Assembly (NCBI GenBank): GCA_002633005.1 | Contig: NMRA01000136.1 | Location: 438,215 to 502,214 of the forward strand | DNA from: Phoronis australis | Lineage: Eukaryota > Animalia > Phoronida | Length of the DNA: 64,000 nucleotides | Direction: 5' to 3' | Shown: positions 27,737-38,895 of the stretch, in pieces | How positions within the stretch are numbered: position 1 is the first letter of the stretch | Layout of the letters: each line of letters opens with the position of its first letter | Made by a program: the position numbers and the translations under genes | The notes under the pieces: model-generated | What the model was told of the DNA's origin: nothing | What the model saw: the letters and a program-made list of their open reading frames with translations, nothing else | Database searches by the model: none

Positions 27737-30378
27737 GTAAGTTCTGTTTAAAACAAAGTTAACCCACTCCCATTGCATATTAGGCGCTATCAGGTCAGAC
27801 CAATTATTTAGACCACCGCGTAATTCGTTGATTGACTACCAAAGCAAGAGTATTGTATTTTTGGCGTGTACAAATATGAAGCCAACTGGTGAGAGCCGCT
27901 TACAACTAAGCTATACAGAATGCTAACACATTTCAGTGATTCGCACAGCAATCTCTTAAAAACAACATTCATTCATTCATAAATTATAATTTTAACAGAT
28001 GCAACTCAAAATACAGCCAATCACTGCAAAATCCATTTCAAATTTAACCACTAAACATTTCTAGGTATCAGTTTTTAAGATGTCCTATCCCATTCACTAA
28101 ATAGACAGAGATATCACTTACTAACTCGGCACCTACCAAATCTTTGAAGAAATACTACTTCATTTACGGTCTTGTGCGTTCAATAACACTTAGAAATAAA
28201 ATTTCCACACGAAGTTTTATTTACTCTGTTTACAATCAGCGCAATTCGATTTTGTATTGCGATTGTAGCTTCATGAATGACTGACCATTTGTGTCATCCG
28301 CGCGTTGCCCTTCTCTCTTGGTAGTGGACACATTTCTCGTTTTGTTTATTCACTATCCGCGAATTTCCATCAAAATAATTGCAATATAATTTTTTCGCAT
28401 TGTACAGAGAATTGGACCCGGTTGGATAGGTCTCTCACTTTCATGGTTCACGGGGCTGTTCAAGTTGTTTATGTATTTTTTTATTTTCTTATTTCTATAC
28501 CATACTCCCGCTCCATAGGCTTTTCTTTCACGTTTCTTGTTTGTGATTTATTTTTATCTGTAATGCTGTTAATACTATTATTATTATTACTGTATTAATT
28601 CGATTATCAATATTCCTACTATACGGTTACTACAACGATAACATGTAAATAATAATGACTATGATGAGGCAGGTGATGATAATAATAAGAATAATATTTC
28701 TGCTATTGCTGTTATTATATGTAAACGCCGACTAACAGAGGCTCGTTACTCGGTTGTAAATGAGATAGTGGATTCCAGTTTTAGCACCTCCGCTTAGAAT
28801 GTCCGGAATCGGCCAAATGAAAACCCCACGTTTTACGATTTTAAAGACAATAATGTCAACTTAGATGTGGGGCTGAAATGGGTGGCAACCTGGGGGCTCT
28901 TTGAAACTAATAAGGGGTCCAAACGCAAAATAAATGTCGACCGTGGGCAGAGTTTTTTTGCAATGAATACGATGTGCCATGACCCCATTGCGTCTTCGCG
29001 TAGCTACGCCATTGCTGGTGACAAGTCTCATCCTAATTTATTTTAAGCAAACTGGCGTAACTTAGTGCGTTATAGCTGAGAGAAAGAACGCCTCAAAGGT
29101 TGCGTCAGATTAAACTATATGCTGAAAACGGAACAAGTCAAGCCCAGAGGAAGAACTGTGATAATAAGGATGATAATTTATAATAATTTGCAATGTTTGA
29201 TTAATATCATGAATTGCATTAAAATTGCAAAGCCTGGTGGACTTGTAAATATGATTACTGGGAAAACACAAAAAGTTTACTAAAAGTGCGAAAACTTGTA
29301 GTAGAAGAACGAGAAGCTAAAGAATTACTGAGCACAAATAAAAACAACAACAACACGAAAAATGTTTTATTTTAATTTTTTACACTTACAATAAATCCCC
29401 ACAACGGTTGTATTTCCACTGAGTCTACATAGCTACTTTCGTACGTATGTGTGCACAGTGACTGATACAGAACAAGCACGACATTCACATAATCTCGCAA
29501 CACCATTTCTTAATTTTAACTATTTTATGGTTACAAAATGTAATAGTTATTTTCTATACTAAAATTCAAAAAAATCGGCGAAAGCATTAAAATACGAATT
29601 GTAAAATGTGACCGTTGTTCAGGTCAAAAGCATGTATATGAAAACACAATTCAAAATAATGTAACAATGCAATAGTTGAAGTGACAAAACGAACCGACTC
29701 AGAATAATGACAAAAACTAAGAAACTGTCTATACAATTGCTTCGTTTGAAGTGCCAAACGGTTATAATTAATGTTTATTCTGCGTAGTTCAATCATAGAT
29801 GGTAGCTTGTTAATAGCAAGATAACAAAACGTAAATTACTCTAACAAATTTAATAACGGGATCCATGTAATGGAAAACCTATGAAATTATAGTAATTAGA
29901 CGGATGCCAAGCCGGGACGAAACTGGTTGGAAATTGACCAATTATCTTTCGATATATCTATTAATGTGACTCTATTTGTCTGTGCGCAACATTATCATAT
30001 TTCAATTTATCGCTTCTAATTCTGACCAATTTGCTTAATTACACCGGAGTGCGCTGGAGAGTCTGGTGCTCCGTGTCGCAGCAAGTGTTCACGCGAGCGC
30101 GTACAAAATGGTGGCGATGAAATGCAATGTGAGGAAAACATAATTTCTTAATAATTAGAAAGCCATCAATATGTTTTATTGATATTGTTTATGACGCTTC
30201 ATCAGAGTGCTAATAACCATTGTTTTAGCCCATAGAACAACGTACGTCAATTCATAAAAGAACAACAGCGAAAAATATTAAATTAATGAGCACATTTTTT
30301 CGGCAAGGTTCTCAAATAATTTGAGCTTTTTTAATAGGTTTATTTTATCTACAGGATAAACAATGAACTTTTTATCCT

Positions 30379-31423
30379 TCACTCAATTTTTTCAAAATAA
30401 TTTTCTGTCTTGCATTTCGCGTGTTTTCTTGAAGTCATATCTGTCCAGATTGTGCTGCGCTGATCAGCACTGAGATAGTGCACAGAAATATAACTGAAGC
30501 GAAACCTGCAGTAATCATAATCTGCTATTGGACAAAATCTGCTGCTATGCAGTGGTTCCACCTTGAGGCGACGTGACAAAATACCAACAAAAACGTCTTC
30601 GAACGGAAACAACGATTCGCGCTTTGCTTGTAGAAACATTCTCCCAGCTAGCTTCGTGGATACGATGTAGCAAGGCCCTTTCGCATATGGAGGGAAAAAG
30701 TCTTCCCCGTATTCCTTAATGCTTACAAACCATTTATGCAGACGATTTCTTATTGGCCGCGTCTTTGCTGTTACTTGTCCCGTGTACAGACTATTTGCTT
30801 TATTACGTTGAACTGACATTAAATACGAAATTAAATTTCGATAATTAACTAACATATCGTCATCTGTTTTAACTAAAAATCCAGAGGAAGCGCAATTCTG
30901 CGACACCCACTTGAAAGCTGATAGCGTTTTCAGCGTTAGGTTATAGTAGCTATCTTGAAAGTCTCCCTGAACCAAGTCTCCGTATTTCTGACTCTCGGAA
31001 TCAATTTTTCTTTGTAAAGAAACGTTTTTTGTGAGCGCAGTTATAAACAACGTCAAAATTCTTTGAGAGAGCACGCGTTTGATACTACCCCATGTTCTCC
31101 GGTATTGTTCTCTTGCAAGGAAATTACCGGGGGCGCTGGTAACCATGACAACCACCTGAGGTTTCGAGTGGTCACACGCGTGTTGATTTCTAAGACGGAA
31201 CCCCAATTTTTCCACGTCGAATGGATAATAATTGTACCACTTTCTCGTCCTATCCGAGACATCGTCCAAGCGATATGTAGCAATTATACTGTCATCTTCG
31301 TAATCTTCATCATGAAAGTCGTAATCAGAGGATGTTCTATATCTTTTTGTTGGTTTATTCATACTGAAAGACAAGTTTGCAGTTGTATAGGCTATGTATG
31401 ATGAAACGTTGATGTCTAAAACA
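30379..31423 (-). CDS. Beta-1,3-galactosyltransferase-like (GT31, B3GALT1/brainiac family) catalytic exon
   Basis: Motifs VTSAPGNF..R...RRTWG, ESQKYGDLVQGDFQDSYYNLTLKT, KTDDD, FPPY..G, FEDVFVG; frame open to a stop at ~31430, likely acceptor at 31424; N-terminal TM exon not located. Confidence 0.92.
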
Positions 31424-33067
31424 CTGTTTCAATTATCACAAAAACCGACCTGGCTTAAGGTTGTGTAGATAAAAAAATGTCCAAAATAGATTGAACAAGT
31501 GGCTGACTGGATTCATATGTAATTTTCAGATATTACACTTTATGCGTTGTTCTTCAAAACGGTGTGAGGAATTGTTTTAAAATGTTCCACTTTTGCATGA
31601 GAAGCTTTCAAAAATATGACATTTATGATTTTCATGAAAAAAAATAAAGTTGCATGAAACAAAAACTAAATGATATATTATGAAAAGTGTGACAACGTTT
31701 TCGAAATCTCACCTTGAACATTACGTAAAAAATAATCGTGTTATTGATACTGTTGAATTGCAATCAATGTACCTTTCCTTTTTTGATAAATTTTACTAAA
31801 ACCTAGTAACGTGACCCATCTAATAATATATTGATAAAAAGTTCACAGTCAGATTCTGCAGGCTTTCTACCTTCAGTAAATATATAAGTTTTGTGAGTTA
31901 AATCTATAGTTTTGTAGATATTTGACTAAGTACGCAGAGATGCTGATAAGGTCCTACTTAACCTTATACAAACTTGGCATTATGCACAGACTTTGCTGTA
32001 AAATCCAAGTAAGTGTCGTGTCTGTTTTTTGTCAATAAATATATATGACACTGATTATAATGCCTAAAACGATCCCACAAAATGATAGCAAAGTATTTTT
32101 TCAAAAGAGTATTCCAGTTATATAATGCTAGCTATCCAAATATTTTGTGCTCGATTCGCAATCACACCGTGATTTCGTACTCCCCGGGGTAGGTAGACTA
32201 GTCAACAGACCAACAATCTAGAAAGCTGACTGTTAAGTCGGCAGCGGTTCCATATGAAAATTTGTCACAATCTCAAATATAACGAGAATAAAAAATACAG
32301 ATTGATACACATTACAATGGTTAGTAAACTAATGTTTGATTAGCAACCGCGCAGACGTTACCTCACATGAGATTCTGTGTTTCGGTTTACGAGTGAAGAC
32401 TGCCTGTCATGACGGAACTCTGCGGGACGAAATATCCTTACACAGGTGAATGCAGCAATTATAAAACTAACTCCAAGTATCACAGTTTTCCTTAAACGAG
32501 ACATTGTTGTAGAAGTCACCGCTTAGGACATTATTCTAACCGATAAGTTCTGTTGAAATACATTATTTCGCAGTTCCGTAGGTATTAGACTATGTCGTCT
32601 TGCAAACCACTCATAACGAAGTCCGGACCCACGTTAAATTAGTGAATAAACATATCGTCTACTACGTCGTGTGTACGCAACAGATGTTATGGTTATATTA
32701 GGAGTTCGAGATATGACGGCGGAAAAGGTTTATCTTTCAGAAACCCAAGTTGGATGCACCTCAAACCTAAGGGAGATCCTGCTTTAGATTTAACTTGGGT
32801 GACTTTCTGATCCACCTTGTCCCTGAAGTTGTAGTCGCCTATGTCGCTAAGTGTTCGGTCTGGCACATTGGCACATTTTTAATTTTGAGTATAACGATGA
32901 GCTTTTTCTTTTAGTTCACGTTTTACCGAAGTCACGTGTTAGATAATTAAAACTCAAAGTATAATGACTTCATAAGGGTGTTTTCCCCTCACATGTACTC
33001 CATTTATTTACTTATACCGAGAAAGGAATTAAATACTGCATATCCTATGTTTGTTGTTACATATAAA

Positions 33068-33233
33068 CAGTGCTGTAGTGGTAAAATTAGAGGTAAGTAG
33101 GCGCCCAAAGTCTACCGTATCACTTTGAGCACTGAACGTTACTTACGATACGTAGGCGCTACGTTCAAATGCCAAAAGATGGCTTGCTGCGCCTACGTGC
33201 GCCTACGTGCGCCTACGCTTCACTACAGCACTG
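33068..33233. mobile_element. hAT-type MITE (166 bp)
   Basis: Perfect 13-bp TIRs CAGTGCTGTAGTG/CACTACAGCACTG, exact 8-bp TSD CATATAAA on both sides, internal GCGCCTAC repeats. Confidence 0.9.
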
Positions 33234-33451
33234 CATATAAAATGAGGGTGACCTCTTCAGTAAGAACACTGGTTTCTATTAGGGTTTCTGTGTTATTATT
33301 ATATCGTTCAAATCACCGGTAGTGCTATCATTAGGAAAAACTAACATTCGCGTGAAGAGTTGGCACGGGATCTCTTAATTTCTCTCGGACATCATCCTAT
33401 GTACAAGTAAGTCCGAGTTGTCAATAATAACCTCGGATTTTTCATTTCCAG

Positions 33452-33515
33452 ACGAAAAATCCCCATCTCCAAGTACAGCCAACTCAGAGACCAAGAAGAA
33501 AAAAACTAGATACAG
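33452..33515 (+). CDS. PRD-class homeobox gene, exon 2 (N-terminal arm of homeodomain)
   Basis: (D)EKSPSPSTANSETKKKKTRY(R); tttccag acceptor, GTAGGA donor, phase 2 matches the next exon. Confidence 0.85.
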
Positions 33516-33839
33516 GTAGGACACGGTGTTGCCTGGACACATTTCTGCGAGAGAGGCGCATTGAACGTCTTGTTCAAAGCGCCACGAAACGGTTCTAGTA
33601 ACTTTTATAATTACGTGTTTTTTTTCCTGTCGATTGATAAACGATGTTCATCATTAGACTTCAACGCATCAGATGATTACCCGCACTTCAACATTTCAGT
33701 GCTGATTAAAATCGAGATCAGCCCAATTGAATCCTATTCTGTGGATATATTAAGAAGGAAAGCCTGAGGATTGAATGTAATTTTGGAAATAATTCAATAG
33801 ATAACTTTAACACGAATGCAAAAAACATTTTCGTTTCAG

Positions 33840-33963
33840 AACTACCTTTACCGCGTTCCAGTTGGAGGAAATGGAAAAGGCTTTCAAACAAAACCCTTAT
33901 CCTGACGTATTTATACGTGACGAGCTAGCTATGAGAATAGGACTGAGCGAGTCGCGGGTTCAG
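33840..33963 (+). CDS. PRD-class homeobox gene, exon 3 (homeodomain residues 6-46)
   Basis: [41 protein letters not shown] followed by the PRD-typical intron between residues 46 and 47. Confidence 0.95.
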
Positions 33964-34138
33964 GTAACATTAATGATCTTAACCAGAAGAGCAGGGTTGT
34001 TCTTGGATAAATACTTTTAAATTCATGTAAGCTTTCAACTTTGAAACTTTGCGGATATTTCACATGATTGCTTGCCATGTGCACCGGCAATGAAAGTTGA
34101 GAGCAGTGTTGTCATTAACTATTTGGAATTTACTTTAG

Positions 34139-34522
34139 GTTTGGTTTCAAAACAGACGAGCAAAATGGCGTAAGCGAGAAACACCGAGAAAAACCATGGG
34201 TCTCCAGAGTTCTACAATGTCAGCGCTTCCGTACATGCCAACTGCCAGCAGTCTTCACATGGACAGGTGGTCACTACTGACGTCACAGTATGACACACGT
34301 CTGCCACTGACTCCGCCCAGTTACCTTACCCCATCATACTTCACGTCGCCATTTACCTCGTATCCGCCGATGACGTCACAGAGTTTGATGACAGACGCAA
34401 TGTTTACAAATGGCGTCCGGGCCAATGTGCCGGAAATGGACTCGATTCTGCAGAACACTTCTTTAGAAATGGCTTTGAACACGGAGTCAAACGAACATTG
34501 TTTAACCAGCAAATCACAGTAA
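34139..34522 (+). CDS. PRD-class (Q50) homeobox gene, exon 4 (helix 3 and S/T/P-rich C-terminus, stop)
   Basis: VWFQNRRAKWRKRE... in frame with ORF 34196-34522. Confidence 0.93.
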   Translation, partial: VWFQNRRAKWRKRETPRKTMGLQSSTMSALPYMPTASSLHMDRWSLLTSQYDTRLPLTPPSYLTPSYFTSPFTSYPPMTSQSLMTDAMFTNGVRANVPEMDSILQNTSLEMALNTESNEHCLTSKSQ

Positions 34523-35391
34523 CAACAGGTGCCCTAATAGAGATGGATTGATACAAACTGATTTCAAAAAGGTGCCTTGTAAATATTGGGACTGTAAATG
34601 AGATAAATAGTATTATTAATTTATTTAAGGAAACAGTTTCATATTTCTTAGAGGTTCATTGTTGCCCAAGGCGGTCACAACGGCTGTACAAGCCGTATAT
34701 GATAATTTAGTGTAAATAAACGCAAGGTTAATTTATAAAACATTTGTTAATAACTTTATGCCGAATTTAATAAACTCCGTTTTGGCCTATTAACAAATAC
34801 TAAAAACGACTTTCTCATCCAGTTCTCTGAAACAAAATAATGCTCAGTGACCCTAGCAAAGGAAATTGCAAGAATTGTGTTAACATGTTTGACATGGTTA
34901 ACTCTCAAGAAGTTAATCGATTCGTGGAACACTGACTCAATTTGACCCATCTAGTTTCGAGGAGTGTCTCGTACTGTTCGCCGATCTCGATGCTGACATT
35001 TATGGATTGTTAAAACTGGTACGACTGGGCTGGGGGATGAAAACTGAAGTGAGTGAGCGGCAGCTTTAAAACTGTGGCGACCTTGTTGGGCGAACTCAAA
35101 TTACCAGGGGCCCAAAAGCCTCAATTACCTTACAGCCCTGAGAAACCTCAACCCAGTTGTGGGTACGCCTATCATACATGTAACTTTTGCACCAAAACAT
35201 TCTGCTGAAGTCCAAAAGAATTGAAAACTGTTTTCCAAAATATCATGTAAATCACAACCAAAATAGAGAATATTCCATCACGGGTATTTACCCTGCTACA
35301 ACAGGTCTGCATTTCTTTGTCAAATTTCAAAATACACCAGTTTATTTGCAATTATTCATATCAAAATTTTCGGCCCTAAAGCGCCATAACA

Positions 35392-36099
35392 TCAAATAGG
35401 ATTTCCAAACCAGGTTTCCTCTAGAAACATCCCGCTGTCAATCCTGTTGGACGCCGTATGACCGGAAATGGCTGACGAGGGAACGAAGATTCTTGTAAAT
35501 GGACCGTGGCGAAGTTTATTTATCATATTCTTCTCGAGAATTTTTAGTTCCCGTTTTTTGTCCTCTGCACAGACTTTTTCGGTCTCCTCTACCTTCGTCA
35601 AGTGTGTTCTAACCAAACTTATTGCCTGGAACGTACAGTGACGGTAGAATTTGTCCAATGTCCTCCGCCACTCCTCTAAGTCTTTCGCGTTTTCGGTGAC
35701 TTCAGAAAAGTTGGCGGTGTCCCTAAAGCTGTGTCCTAGTAAACATTTGGCCACTTTGTCCGTGGCAAGAGTCGCTGAATCTTCCACCTGGGTAGTGAAC
35801 CGATCTATCGAAGGTACGTTTGACTGCATTGCACTTGTCATATTCTCGTATACAGCGTCTTGATATGAGCTAATTTGACAGAGAAGTTCTCGCATCCGCG
35901 TGAGGACGTGAGAGGTTGAATTATTGATTAATTTCACGTGTTCCGTTCTGTTAGAATAGGAGCTTATCTTTTGACGACAATTGGACTCCATCAAGGACGC
36001 CTTGGTGATACTGTTGTCGACCAAATAGTCAATAGCTTCATCTAACTCTCGTTCACATATCTGCGTGGCACTATCGAGAGAACAAATATGTGCCTTCAA
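35392..36099 (-). CDS. Uncharacterised alpha-helical/coiled-coil-like ORF (probable terminal exon)
   Basis: 235-codon non-repetitive ORF in AT-rich DNA with raised GC; no family recognised; 5' boundary unresolved (possible upstream exons at 36298-36360 and 36515-36730). Confidence 0.45.
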   Translation of the reverse strand: MKAHICSLDSATQICERELDEAIDYLVDNSITKASLMESNCRQKISSYSNRTEHVKLINNSTSHVLTRMRELLCQISSYQDAVYENMTSAMQSNVPSIDRFTTQVEDSATLATDKVAKCLLGHSFRDTANFSEVTENAKDLEEWRRTLDKFYRHCTFQAISLVRTHLTKVEETEKVCAEDKKRELKILEKNMINKLRHGPFTRIFVPSSAISGHTASNRIDSGMFLEETWFGNPI

Positions 36100-38507
36100 C
36101 CATCAATATCAATTGAAAGTCACCGTATGATGATGCCAATTTTTTGGAAATAGCATTCAGAAAGGAAAAGACACGACTTTCTGAACTTCTATACAGTTCC
36201 GTGTATTCCAACCTGAATTTAATCTAAGTTTTGTCGTTTCCATTCCATTAAAATGAGCGTTATTTTGAAAAACGAAGCAGTGTGCAAAATTATCACCCTT
36301 TCCAGTCTAATGGCTTCTCGGTTATTTTCCTTGAAAAGGTTAGTATTTGTGCAGTTACATCTATACCGAAAGAAAAAAACTGAAAAACAAATTTTGAACA
36401 AGAGCAGCAATTCAGTTAAAAGTTGATCAGTTAGTGGGTGTGAGTGTATTTCGACACAACATACTCAATTCATTTGACAAAATGGTGAAACAAAACGTAA
36501 CGATCAACATCCTACCTAGATAAACTATTTGTCACGAGAATTCCGGCAAATCGATTTAATTCGTGCTTTTGCCTAGAGCTATGACAGATGTCGCTAGCAG
36601 TCGACGAAGATGCCACTCCCGATGCTCGACCGGTGGCGCTTGCGCTGGCTCGGGGAGATTCTGAGCACTTTCTACTATTCACTACCACGCCGTTTTCTAA
36701 AACAGACGACAATTCTGTCACGGAGGCTGAACATGTATACGGTTTTTCAGTTAACGTTCCACTTAAGGAATTTTTATGTTAAACGCGATTTATTTCAAAC
36801 AAAGGTAATATACCATACAAGTGTTATATGGGCAGTGCCCTTTTTGCAGTACGTTAAAATGAAGCTTTTACAAAATGGCGGCAAAATGAGCAAAATAGGT
36901 TGAAATTTGCATATTTATCTCTTAAGAGGAAAATACTGGAATAACGTCTACAATAGAAACAGAAGCTATTATTTGCCATTTTCAGCATATCATTTTTGCA
37001 CTTACAGGTTTTGGTGACTGTGTGAAAACAAAAAGGGCAGTTGATTCAGGCAAACTATTTTTCTTCATACAAAACACTTCTATTTTCCCTCGTCTCGATA
37101 TTCATGGGGAGCTAAATTAACTTTTCATGTAAACACTTACTAATACCATCGTCTCAGGCGGATGAACACAGTAATCTTGATTTTAACAACAATTCAATTT
37201 TCTTTACCATTACTCGTCAACAGCAAGTTTAGACCAAGTTAGGGCAAGAGCAAGAGAATTAGTGTGTTCTCCGTAGCCTTTCATGTTTTACTTGTCAAAT
37301 GTGCTGTCGTTACAATTCATGTGGCGTTTTGTGGCCGAGAACAGACAGCCTGTGTCAACACACAAAGTTTGAATTCTAAAATCAAATTGGTGACTAAGTC
37401 TTAAGTTACTTTGCGTTCCCAGGTGGTAGTTTATGTGCTTACATAATATACCTTCACATCATCCGTTGAGGTAAACGTCTCGACTCAGATTATTCAAAGC
37501 ACACTCTCTGTCTAGTCATTGGTTTGCTATTCTTGAGAAAAACATGGCGGAATGTTCATTGTTTTTGAATACTCTACACTGTCTCAACTGTCTCCGACTC
37601 CGACACTTTTAGAGTAGTAAATAAAGACAAAAGCAGTAGTCTTTCAATGCATGTCTCTGACAGTTGGCGATCGGTATTACCAGTGTGTGGGAAGGCTGGT
37701 CGGCTATTATAACAAAATTAGCGATAATGGAGACACACCTGTCACGTCGCTAAGGGATTTTCACGTGAACATCGTTTATCAAAAGTGTTTTTTAAATAAC
37801 AGACAGTTTTTTCCTTGTCAAATAACTCAGTTTCACGCTTCCTCGTTCAGCCATACAACACAGCTTATCACCCAAGTTAGCATTGGCTATGATGAGGGGA
37901 ACACAACGTTATCGAGTCATGCATCATCGTTTCCGGGACGTTTTCTGTCCAGAAGTCGTATGTGCGCCCACACAAACTTAGCCCCTATCATTTCTCGGAA
38001 ATGTAAATACAATGGATAATATTACTGCCTAGGAATCGTCTTAACATTATACTTGGGCAACTGGCTGCGAGGCTGCGTTTCGTAGACGCAAAAATCTCGA
38101 GAGTCAAAGCTGGTTTTCGCGAAGTTGTCGTGGCTGTCTACGGGACACTATCCTTTGTACACTCAGTGGAACAGTAATGGCCAAGAGTGGTTTCTCGTTG
38201 AGGAACAGTAACGTAGTAACGTTGGAAAAATAGCATTCTGACACTCTGAATGGTTGATGTTGCGAATGAATTTAGTATACTGCTCCGCCTATTGAGAAGC
38301 GCCTTCGTGGCTTGTAGCTTCTGCAATCGTAGCAACAGATTGCAATAATTCTTATTTTACGATTCACGTAACTAAGACAAGGGGTCAAATAAAACTACAA
38401 ATCGCTACCGGATCATGTGTTTACGGCAAACATCCAAACCGAGGCATACACACTGATGCCCACATACGGATGTCTGCGTGGCAGTCATCGTCCTTTCACA
38501 GGACTAC

Positions 38508-38895
38508 AAAACTGGCAGAAACTTGGATATAGCTAAACAACAGCGTTTCTGCACTGTTTGATCTGACTCTGTAGAGAATAAAAAACACATTTTATTAGAG
38601 TGTCCAGTATGTGAAGATCTTAGGAGAAAGTTTGGTATTTGTGTTAATATTAATAACTTTTATGGTGATCTCTTCATTTAGTTGATGAAGTCTTGCAACG
38701 TTTGGAGCTTAGCTAATTTCATTCACCAAGTTTTTATTGTGGATAGTTTATTTAATAGTCTGTATTATATCAACCACTTTTGTTAACTAAGCGCTTGTAT
38801 TGCTGCCGGTACATGGGTCAGAGGCCTAAGTACTGAAATGAGTTGAGTTGCCAGTTGTACAGGTAGCGCTGTGTCAGAAGATATTAACAAGTGAA
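38508..38895 (+). mobile_element. Decayed 3' end of a LINE (ORF2 CCHC zinc knuckle)
   Basis: KTGR...KQQRFCTV*SDSVENKKHILLECPVCEDLRRK matches ETGR...R.C..C....E.E.H..L.CP.Y..LR with a Cys-to-stop change. Confidence 0.7.
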
